64,000 bases of DNA from Heterodontus francisci (Eukaryota), in the NCBI RefSeq assembly GCF_036365525.1, contig NC_090399.1, positions 31,280,430 through 31,344,429 of the forward strand, in the 5' to 3' direction. The notes beneath the pieces are model-generated. The model was not told the DNA's origin and did not search any database. It worked only from the letters and a program-made list of their open reading frames with translations. This document shows, one piece after another, positions 49,431 to 60,750 of the stretch (positions are counted from its first letter, which is position 1; each line of letters starts with the position of its first letter). The position numbers and the translations under genes were made by a program.

Positions 49431-50548
49431 CTAGCAGAGACACACCAAACATTTGCCATCAAATTAGTATATTTATTGCAACAGTACTTCTTTAAACACA
49501 GGATTTCTAGCTATTCGTTCACCAATGACTTTAACAGTATCCAAACCTTAGTCTGGAAAAAGCTACATAAAGAAGTCCATATGTAAAAACAGGCCTAGGA
49601 ATATAAGTACAAAGTTCGTCAAGAGTCTGGTATGTCACTTGTTTATAGTGATAGGTTATGAAAGTCTAAATAGGAACAAATTTCTCCTGAGTGGAAAAGG
49701 CAAGTTTACATTTGATAGGCTCAATATTATTTGAGGAATAAATACTCCTTTTCCTTGAAATATGCCTGTCATAATTTCAGCATCTTTCATCAAAGAAAAC
49801 AAGTTTCTAACTACAATTCGTGTTCCATGACAAAGTACTTGTTTTGCATTCAAGTTTCAGAACATTATAACTGCTCCTTCCTTGAGTCTAAATTTGTGTG
49901 GTGACATATGCATTGGAGTTAGGCTGTGTAGAAACTCTGGAGGGTACAGACTGTTATCATCTTCGTTGTCTATAAAATCAACGCTGATGTATTCTTTTAA
50001 TTCACTTGACAGCTTTTCATTCAAATCTAGATAATCTTCATTTTGTGCACAAAGAATAGCTTTTGAATAATAAGTGGTATCAAATAATTGTCCCCACCAT
50101 TTTGCCACACTTAAGCAATTCTATAATCTTATCCAGCCCATGCCATCCCTTCCCTCCCATGTCATCCCAGCCCATGCCATTCCATCCTAACCATGCCATT
50201 CTTCTCATGCCACCCTATTCCATTCCTTCCATCCTTTCTATACCGTTTCCATTCCCATCCCTCCCTGAAATCCCATTCAATCCCTCACAGAAACAATCGC
50301 TCAAACAGGGTAACTTTGTTGTTGCACTTCCCTCAGATTCAATTGTTTTTGCTCTCCATCAAACCCCACTCCCCGTCACCGCCGTTCACAGCCGCATATG
50401 CATCATATGCTCCAGTCTTTACCATGCCCATGTGCCTCCATGTGCGCACCCACCTCCCGACAAAGAAACCCACCAACAGATGTGCCTCCTAAACTGACCA
50501 ATCAAAAATGGAGCAGACAGCAAAAGAACCGAGTATTATTATCATAGG
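49431..50548 (-). mobile_element. Helitron deletion derivative with PIF1 helicase fragment
   Basis: YPPEFLHSLTP...PHKFRLKEGAVIM, LCHGTRIVV, VFIPQI...LPFPLRR, LYVAFSR; 3' end CTAG at 49431-49434 followed by T; 5' end (C)CTAT preceded by A. Confidence 0.88.
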
Positions 50549-51119
50549 TGTGGCTTTGATTAGGGCCAACTCTGCCTTTGGAACATGTTGAGGTACATTG
50601 GACTTCTCAGAACACCTAATAATGTATAAGTGTATGAGAAGGCTGATAAATGGCTTTTGCATGTGTCAGTAGAGCACCTGTCAGCTCCAGGTTTGAATCC
50701 AGAGCGTAAAGCCAAGTGATGTGAGATAACCACCTGCGCGCACTCACAAATTGTCGTAATAGATTGGCATTGTGTGCCAAGCTGTGTTTCGTCATGTCCA
50801 GTATACCCATTGGAACCCCAGCAAAACTTAATGTCATGAGACAGTGAACGCCACTGCTCTATCCTAAGTCTAAAGGTCTAATGCTAGTGAAACATGGAAG
50901 CACATAAACGTCTTTGTCATTAACCTCAATGCCACCCATAACAACAGGATAAATCATTTCTGCTGACTGCACATGGTATTCCATAGGCACTGGTGACAGA
51001 CTAATAGCTGCAAACTAACTGTAATCATAGTGGAACTTACCTTTCCATAGGAGTGTAGATTGATTGATCATCTTGACTTATATCCTTTGGAACACAAGTT
51101 AAGCTCTGTCAGTCATTAC

Positions 51120-52372
51120 AAAGAACAAACAAAGAACAAAAAATAGTACAGTACAGGAAAAGGCGATTCGGCCCTCCAAGCTTGCGCTGATCTTGATGCC
51201 TGCCTAAACTAAAGCCTTCTGCACATCCGGGGTCCATATCCCTCTATTCCCATCCTATTCATGTATTTGTCAAGATGCCTCTTAAACGTCTCTATGGTAC
51301 CTGCTTCCACCACCTACCCCGGCAGCAAGTTCCAGGCACTCACCACCCTCTGTGTAAAGAACTTGCCTCGCACATCCCCTCTAAACTTTGCACCTCTCAC
51401 CTTAAACCTATGTTCCATAGTAACTGACTCTTCCACCCTGGGAAAAAGCTTCTAACTATCCACTCTGTCCATGCCGCTCATAACTTTGTAAACCTCTATC
51501 ATGTCACCCCTCCACCTCCATGGTTCCAGTGAAAACAATCCGAGTTTATCCAACCTCTCCTCATAGCTAATGCCCTCCAGACCAGGCAACATCCTGGTAA
51601 ACCTTTTCTGTACCCTTTCCAAAGCCTCCACGTCCTTCTGGTAGTGTGGCGACCAGAATTGCACGCAATATTCCAAGTGTGGCCGAACTAAAGCTCTGTA
51701 CATCTTCAGCATGACTTGCCTATTTTTATACACTATGCCCTGACTGATGAAGGCAAGCATGCCGCATGCCTTCTTGACTACCTTATCCACCTGCGTAGCC
51801 ACTTTCAGTGACCTGTGGACCTGGATACCCAGATCTCTCTGCCTGTCAATACTCCTAAGGGTTCTGCCATTTACTGTATACTTCCCACCTGCAATAGACC
51901 TTCCAAAATGCATTACCTCACATTTGTCCGAATTAAACTCCATCTGCCATTTCTCCGCCCAAGTCTCCAACCGATCAAGATCCTGCTGTATCCTTTGACA
52001 ATCCTCATCACTGTCCACAACTCCACCAACCTTTGTGTCATCTGCAAACTTACTAATCAGACCAGCTACATTTTACTCCAAATCATTTATATATACTATA
52101 AACAGCAAAGATCCCAGCACAGATCCCTGTGGAACATCACTAGTCAAATCCCTCCATTCAGAAAAGCACCCTTCCACTGCTACCCTCTGTCTTTTATGAC
52201 CGAGCCAGTTCTGTATCCATCTTGCCAGCTGCCCTCTGATCCCATGTGACTTCACCTTTAGCATCGGGCTGCCATGAGAGACCTTGTCAAAGGCTTTACT
52301 GAAGTCCATATAGATAACATCCGCTGCCCTTCCTTCATCCATCATCTCTGTCACTTCCTCAAAAACTCAATG
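51120..52372 (-). mobile_element. CR1 LINE RT to 3' tail
   Basis: ORFs 52073..52354 and 51452..52018. Confidence 0.95.
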
Positions 52373-54439
52373 AAATTGCTTACATAATTTTTTTTATATA
52401 GCGACACAAAATGGAACATAATTCCTTACCATGCACAAAGGATCAGGTTCACTTAGATTCCCATCTTGATTCTGTCATAAAATAAAATAATTATCCACTG
52501 AAATAGATATTTATGTAGACCAAGGAATCCTAATTTATTACATGAAGAATTCCTCTACTAGTTACCACTAGCGAACTCATAACTGTCTAATTTTAAAGTT
52601 AAAAATTTGTTTTTTTCCAATCAGCATTGTACCAAACTATTCGAAGCTTTATTCTGGTTATTAAGATATAACAACATAGACAATAAAGTTAGATTTGTGA
52701 ATGTTTCAAGCTCAGACAACCCAAAATAAGTTTACTTAAATTAGACGGCAAAGAAAATCTTCTCACTATCTTAAACATGTCACTAGCTCAGAGGGAATAA
52801 AGGAAGTGTTCCCACTTTGTTTAACACATAAGAGTCCCCAGTGTTTGCCATATTACCTGAAACATTGGGACCAAAGAAATCTTCCCATGATGTTTACCTC
52901 ACATGGAGACCAGATGAAACCGTCTTACTGGTATTATGCTGCTGTCAACATATAACAATAAGAGGAAATCTTGCTTCTTTTAGTCACACTCATGCATATA
53001 TAAATTGTCACATTTAAATAAACTTTCTGCATATAAATGGAAATACCAGAAATATCCAGCATACAAGCCTTGGTGTGTTGGGCGTAATCAATATGCATCA
53101 GTGAAATACAGGCTTTCAAGGTGTTCCTCACCACAGATTGAACATTCATTCAGGAAGGACTGGTAATGCCTGTTTGATCTTGGAGGGTTATGGGAATTCT
53201 TGGAAATGTACTAAAGAAAGACTAAGCCTTAACCTCCCCACATATTGTCATTGGGGATGTGTTGTGACCTTTCTTTGGAAAGAAATGGAAACATTATGGT
53301 TTATCTGTGACAAAGTAAATGTGAAGGACAGGCATGTTTCTTATGCCTATTTGATATCAGTTGAGTAAATACAAAATATAATGGCTTAGATTTTGCAAGT
53401 GAAGGAACAGGGCTTGCTGGTCACCTCACTGACAGCTGCCCGGGCGTCTAATACATTGATGTGCCATCTATAGAGGAGGTGGGGGGTGGGGTTCTAAGGC
53501 ATCCGTGAGCAAAGCAGGAAACAGTGAGACTCTTCTACCAGTAAGACTGAAGAATCCTTACTGAAAAATGGAGGGTTACAAGTTCATCTTGAGCTGTGAC
53601 ACAGAACGGATGCTATCAAATTGGCTGCCAACTCTAATAGTGCATGATATTTAATCCCATTGACTGCAATGGAACCAAATATCAGGTACTGTATATAACC
53701 AGTGGTCAATCATATATCACCTGATTTATACCACCACCTGAGATGAATTTCTACCTCAGAGTCTAAACTAGGAAGTATAAAGCAAGGAGCATAAATTAGT
53801 TTTAAATCATGCACAGAAAGCAAAGTACAGATTGGAAAATACAGATGGGATAAACAGAAAGGGATTAATAAAGCCAGGGAGAAAAAGTTAACATATAGGT
53901 CTACTGGTAAAAGGCAGAGTAATGGGACTGGCGTGGACACAATTGACTGAATGATCTCCTTCTGTGCTGGAACCATTCTATGATTCTATGATATGTTTTA
54001 TTTAAATCTCAAATGCTAATTATCTTTCAAGGGAATAAGACGTCACATTTGTAAAATAAATTTTTCGAAGTCAGACAGGTTGTTTGGCTGTAATTATCAT
54101 AACGTTAAAAGGTTACTTACTTCTGACTGTACCAGTTTTAACTATTTTCCACCATTCTTAGTGGGGAACTAATGGGAGAGTATTGCAAGTTCAAGCAGTT
54201 GTGTTGCTATCAGCATTTAGCTGTGCATGCGTGGACACTAAAGTTTGCTGTCATATTTACCCCATTGTGACAATCAGCATTGTTAGCCACGTAGTCATTT
54301 GTATCGCAAAATCTGGCCTATTATGCATTCCTTTTCTATTATTTATATATGATATTCATTTCCAGCAGCAGGCCAGTTATTTCTACAAAACAATATATAA
54401 TATATGAGTTGAATACATGTTGTCCAACCCCTACTCTGG

Positions 54440-55362
54440 GAATAGCAGCAAAATACTGCGGATGCTGGAAATACACAACAGGTCTGGCAGCAGCTGTGGA
54501 GAGAGAAACAGAGTTAGGTTTCATGACTGTGACTTTTCATCAGAACAGGCAAAGACTAGAAATGTAATAGGCTTGTAGCAAGCGAAAGTGGGGGCGGTGG
54601 AGAATAAGAATAAAAGGGAAGATCTGTGATAGGGCAGAGGGCAGGAGAGATTAAATGATAAAGATGTCATGGAATAAATGGCAAAGCGAGTAGTAATAGA
54701 CATAATAAAAGACAAAGCATTTATCCAAAGAGAATGTTAATGGCATAATAATTAACAGCTCGGTCCAAAAACAAAAACATGAAAAACAAGTTTAAGACTG
54801 ATACATGATTTAAAAAAATGGCGGTCGTAGTCTAAAGTTGTTGAACTCAGTATTGAGTACAGAAGACTATAGAGTGCCTAATTGGAATATAAGGTGCTGT
54901 TCCTCGAGCTTGTGCTGAGCTTCACTGCAACACTGCAGCAGGCCAAGGACAGAAATGTGGACATGAGAATAGGATAGTGAATTAAAATGGCAAGAAACCA
55001 GAAGCTCGGGGTCATGCTTGCAGACTGAGTGGAGGTGTTCCACAAATCAGTCACCCAAACTACAACTGGTCTCCCCACGTAGAGGCGACCACATTCTGAA
55101 CAGCGAATACAGTATACTAAATTGAAAGAAGTACAAGTAAATCGCTGCTGCACCTGGAAGGAGCATTTGGGGCCTTGAATGGTGAGGATTGAGGAGTTAA
55201 ATGGTCAGGTATTACACCTCCTGTAATTACATCGGAAAGTGTCATGGGAAGGGGTTGAGATGTCTGGGATGATGGAGGATTGGACTAGGGTATGACAGAG
55301 AGAACGGTCCCTTTGGAATACCGACAAGGGAGGGGAGGGAAGATGTGTTTGGCGGTGCCATG
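54440..55362 (-). mobile_element. Penelope-like element with GIY-YIG endonuclease fragment
   Basis: ORF 54878..55153 QRFTCTSFNLVYCIRCSECGRLYVG. Confidence 0.9.
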
Positions 55363-56369
55363 TAGGTTTCAATGTGATGTGATTTTTGATGTGATTTGCC
55401 TTCTTGTTGGGTTACTTACCAGATCTTGCACTCCTGCCAAAGGAAACGAAGTTAATCTAGCTGCAAAATAAATTATGGGAATATAAATATAAAACATACT
55501 AGCAGGTCTCCCCTGGCATTGTTCATGGTGAATAGAACGGTACAGTGCTTAATAATAATGGTAATCTGTCATCAGAAAATGACAGGTAAAATGTCACAAG
55601 TATGGGCATTGTTTGCAGGAAGTGTTTGTTATGTGTAAGATATTTGCTATATTGCAAATATATCCATGAGTCATTTAACCATTCCAGCATGGCTTAGTAG
55701 GCAACACTAAATAGTGTAAGTTGCTAGATTCAAGCAACATTCCAGAATCTGAGTGCCTAAACTCTCCCTGGCATTTCTGTCCCATACTGAGGGAGTGCTG
55801 CAGTGCCAGAGATTCCTCATTCAGTCAGGTGTTAAACAGATACCCTGTCTGCCTGCTCCAGTGGACAAAAGTCACATTGCACATTTCAAAGAAGAATGGG
55901 CTGTTCTCCTGGTGGGCTGGTTAATATTCCTCCTATAAGCAACCCCACCACGAACTAATTTAATGGTTATTACTCTCAGTTGCTGTTTGTGGGGCTTTGC
56001 AGTGGACAAATTGGCTGTCACTTAATCTATTGGTTCTTGACTGCTTCGGGAGTCTCCAGTAATAGGTGTGGAATAGAGATGCACCTTCTTTCTTATGTGT
56101 GGCAAATAAACTGACAAAATCAATAATACAGTTCAACAAAGTCGATGAAAACAATTTTAACCTAATCTTGTAATCGGGAATCGGACAAGATTTGGTGGAA
56201 CACTGGGTTTTACACCCTCTGCGATATCACACTTCGTTGAAGACAATGGAGAGTGCTATTGGGCAGGGTGGGTAAAAATCGACGTTGCACCTGATCCCAT
56301 TTGGATTACTTCCCAGATAGAGTTCAATATTGACTTCCATATTAGTGAATAGCAGGTGTGTTATCACCA

Positions 56370-59300
56370 CCCATCCCTACGCGCATCCAAATGCACTCCC
56401 AATGTCTCAGAACATCAGGCAATGGAATGTTTCAGTATTCATACACTAATGTCCACAAATAAATTCAATTCATTGAATAAAACAGTGCAGCACAGAAGGC
56501 CACGTGGCCCGATGAGTCTGTGCTGGCCCTTTCGCAGAGCAATGCAGTTAATCCCACTTCCTCACTATTTCCCATTTCCCTGAAATTTTCCACATTCTTC
56601 AATAATGTATCTATTTCCCCGGAATTGCATATCTGCTTTCCCTGCACAACTTTGAGCTTCCCCCGTCTGCATTGCTATATAGAGACTCTGTGGATAAGAG
56701 GCCTTTTGAGGGATGGAATTGTAAATATCTACAGTGATGACATTTTTGTTAACAGGACAGAAGGAAAGCAGTGGTGCCTTATGATAAATTAGAAATCCGA
56801 GACTGAGCATATGCATTCTTGTACAAATGTAACAAACTTTTCTAAAGAGATGACTATGAACACTTTTAAAGAATTCAAAATATTGTAATACTGGCAATCT
56901 ATGATCTTCTACGTTTTTGTTTAAAACAAAGCCATTAAATGAGCTATGACAGCTGTAATGGTACAGCTTGAAAAGCCTATTTTAAGGCATTTCCCTGAAT
57001 CATAACTGAGGTATCAAATTGTAAACTCTTAAACTAGTTTTACACTTTTGGATAGTATCTTTGGGGTTCTAATATCCCCATGGAAGCTTATATTGTTGGT
57101 CCATGGATTGCAAACCAGCTTTTCTTACCCACTGTGGAAGTGACTTCTGGAATATCTATTTCTTGTCTGTCAAGCAAGATAAAACTAGTCAACTGCATGT
57201 TCTCCTACCACAACAACAGCTATTTATATTTATATAGCAACTTTAAAATAATAAAATGCCCCAAGCACATCACATGAGCATTATACAACAAAATATGACA
57301 CTGAGCCACATAACTGAATATTAGGTCAGCTGACCAAATGTTTAGACAAAGTGGTAGGTTTGAAGGAGTGCGTTAAAAGAAGAAAGTGAGGTATAGAGAG
57401 ACAGAGAGGTGTAGGGACGGTATTCCACATTTTTGTAAGAAAGAAGGATAGAAAAACGCAAGGCACAGAAGGAGGCTGTTCGGCCTATCATGTCTCTGCT
57501 GATCGAAAATAAGTTATCCATCCTAATCCGACCTTCTAGCTCTTGGTCCGTAACCCGATAAATTACAGAACTTAAAATGCTTTTTAACCTTGATGTGTTT
57601 CTGCCCCTACCACCCTTTCAGGCAATGCATTCCAGTCCTCCACCACCCTCTGGTTGAAAAGATTACTGCTCAACACCACCCTAATCCTTCGACAAATTAT
57701 TCCATATATTTCTTATCATATGAATGTATATTTACCAACAATTACTTACGTTTGAGTCTGTTGAACATCTAATGAAACAAGAGATACAAAAGACAAGTGC
57801 ATTAGAAAAAACACTTCTTATTACTTAACTCTTATTTTTTTTATCACCACCAGTTTTGCACATGGAGCAATACTGACTTCAAAATAATTCATTATGTGAA
57901 GTAATTCTATGTGTATGAGAGACATGATAAACCATCGTATGAATGGAAGTTTATTCATTTTAATGTATTTTATCTTAAACGACATCTCTAGAAAAGAACA
58001 GACAGGGGGATGGCCGAAGAGAGGCATGTCATTCCCATCCATATCCAACTGCACCCCAATGTCTCTTAGAACCTCAGGCAATGGAATATCTCAGATATTC
58101 ATACAATAATGTCACCAATAAATTAGAATAATTGAATAGAACAGTCCAGCATAAAAGGAGACCATGCAGAACCATCCAGTTAGTCCTCACTTTTACCCTT
58201 TTCGCTACAATGTTCCCCATTCTTTACGAATGTATCCAATGCCCGGGAATTTTTAATTTGTTTTGCTGAAATGACTTTGAACTTCTGAACTCTGCATTAC
58301 TACCTACAGACTCTGTGGATTAGAAGCCTATTGAGGGATGAAATTGGAAACATCTACAGTGATGGTATTTTTGTTAAATGGGGCAGAAGAAAAGCAGTGG
58401 TGCCTTACATAAATCAGATTCCAGAGACTGAGGATGTGCATTCTTGCAGAAATGCAACAAACCTTTCTAACGAGGCGAATATGAACACGTTTAAAAAATA
58501 TAAAATATTTTCATGCTGGCAATTTGTCATCTTGAAAAGTGTTCGTTTAAAACTAAGGCATTAAATGAGCTACAACAGCTGTAATGGCACAGTGTGAAAA
58601 GCCTGATATCAGGCATTTCCCTGAACCATAACTTACATATCAAATTGCAAACTTTTGTACCAGAGTTAAACCTTTTGATAGTAATATTTTGGATTATATT
58701 ATCCCCATGGAAGCTTATATTGTTTTTCTATGGATTAAAAACCAGATTTCCTTACCCGCCATGTAATTGATTTCTAGTATATCTGTTTTTTGTCTGCAAA
58801 GCAAGAAGGTGAAGCAATTGAACTGCATGTTCCCATGCCACAACAACGATCACTTATAATATCTAATAGCCACTTTAACATAATAAAACATTGCAAGCCA
58901 CTTCACAGGTGCATTATAAAAAATGGCAATGAAACACATAAGGAGATATTAGGTCAGCTGATCAAAAGCTTGGACACAAGCTAAGTTTTAGGGAGTCTCT
59001 TAAAAGAAGAAAGTGAGGTAGAGAGGCAGGGAGGTGTAGGGACGATATTCCACAATTTTGTAATTTAGAAGCATAGAAGAATGTAAGGCACAGAAGGAGG
59101 CTGTTTGGCCTATCATGTCTGTGCTAGTTGAAAAAATGTTATCCAGCCTAATCTGAACTTCCAGCTCTTGGTCCATAGCCCTGTAAATTACAGCACTTCA
59201 AGTGGTTTTAAATGTGATATGTTTCTGCCTCTACCACCCTTTCCGACAGTGGGTTTCAGACCCCCACTACCCTCTGGGTGAAAGAAATTACTGCTCAACT

Positions 59301-59645
59301 CCCCTCTAATCCTTCTACCAATTGCACTCCGTGTATTTCTTATCATATGAATTTATATTTGCTAACAATTACTCACATTTGTATCTGTTGAACATCTAAT
59401 GAAAAGGAAAATACAAAAGAAAAGTGCATTAGAAAATACATTTCTTATTACTTAACTTTTATTTCTTATTGTTGCCAGTTTTGCTAATGAAGCAAAATAA
59501 TTCATTCTGGGAAGTGATTCAATATATATGAGAGACATGATAAAGCCACCGTATGTATGGAAGTTGTTTCATTTCTTTTTAAATCCATTTTATCTTAAAA
59601 TACATTTTATGAAAAGAACAGATGAAGGGGGCACCTAAGAGAGGT
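56370..59645 (-). repeat. Diverged tandem duplication (~1.65 kb; ~56370-58025 and ~58030-59645) carrying a decayed receptor gene unit
   Basis: Colinear matches, e.g. ctcaggcaatggaat/catcaggcaatggaat, agactctgtggat, ccccatggaagcttatattgtt, tctgttgaacatctaatgaaa, present in both halves. Confidence 0.92.
56620..56898 (-). pseudogene. Lys-TM exon and tyrosine-motif (ITAM-like) tail exon in duplication unit 1
   Basis: atcatag|DCQYYNILNSLKVFIVISLEKFVTFV; tail KNVITVDIYNSIPQKASYPQSLYIAMQ; more decayed paralog at ~58270-58523. Confidence 0.55.
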
Positions 59646-59844
59646 CTCTAAAGTTCTGAGACGTTTTCATGGGGTAGACATAAAGAAAATGTTTCTGCTT
59701 GTGGGGGAGTTCAAAATCATAAATATAAATTAGTCACCAATAAATACAGTAAGGAATTATGTAGGACTTCTTTACCAACAACATGGCTAGAATGTGACAC
59801 TTGCTACCACATGGAGCAGCTGAGGCAAATATCTGATCCAAAGA

Positions 59845-60249
59845 TTTATAGAGTCATAGAGTCATTTACGGCACATAAGGACGACAACTGGCCCATCATG
59901 TCCATGCCAGCACTCGGTGGAGCAATCCAGCCAGTCCAATTCCCCTGCTCCTTCACTGTAGTTTATTTCCTTCAAGTGCCCAACCAATTTCCTTTTGAAA
60001 TCATTGACTGTCCCTTCTTCGACAACCCTCGTAGGCAGTGAGTCTGAGGTCCTTGCCATTCACTGCGTTGAAAAAGTTCTTCCTCACATCCTCCCTGCAT
60101 CTCTTGCCCAAAAGCTAAAATCCGTGTCCCCTAGTCCTTGTATCATCAACTAATAGGTACAGTTTTGCTTTGCCTATCCTATCCAAACCTGTCATAATCT
60201 TGTACACTTCTATCACATCTCCCCTCAATCTCCTTTGCTGCAAGGAGAA
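59845..60249 (-). mobile_element. CR1 3' fragment truncated by an LTR
   Basis: LPTRVVEEGTVNDFKRKL (59862..60059); catagagt tail. Confidence 0.8.
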
Positions 60250-60750
60250 TGAAGTGGGACCAGAAGGGTAACATTAATAGAATTAATATTAGAACGCATT
60301 AATAAGGTTAGAAGAACCACTGTAGTTGTAAGGGATCATGGAATGATGGGATACTTGACCACTATGCTGGAACTGTACAAATCTGTACTTAATTGCCTTC
60401 ACAGTCTGTGTAAACATGCTGTCCTTGCTTCAATAATCAAAGAGATAGGGAAAAAGATGGAATCAAGACAGTGAACTGGGAGCTGGCAGCTTCAAGGTTT
60501 TGGAGGAGATCGCAGATGAATGTTTGTGGGCAAGACAATCCAGGTTATTGATCAAGCTGCAGACCTGGGAAGTGTCAGGGTAGTATGAATAATGAGTGAT
60601 GGTTATTGTATCCCATAAACATGTGCCACAGACTCTGTTTCATTGAGAAGCTATTGGATGAACAGAGGGCTGCCCCCTTGCATATGCTTGATGAAAAGTC
60701 TTTATTTGTTGAATCCCATGGATTCAAGAGTTGTTATTTTCCCCACAGCA
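60250..60750 (+). mobile_element. 5' LTR of an LTR retroelement/ERV
   Basis: TGAAGTGGG...CCCCACAGCA imperfect inverted termini; followed by a degenerate primer-binding site at 60754-60771. Confidence 0.7.

Noticed and set aside
50063-50497. Proline-rich 144-aa ORF
   Set aside because: Translation of a CCAT-type microsatellite inside the Helitron
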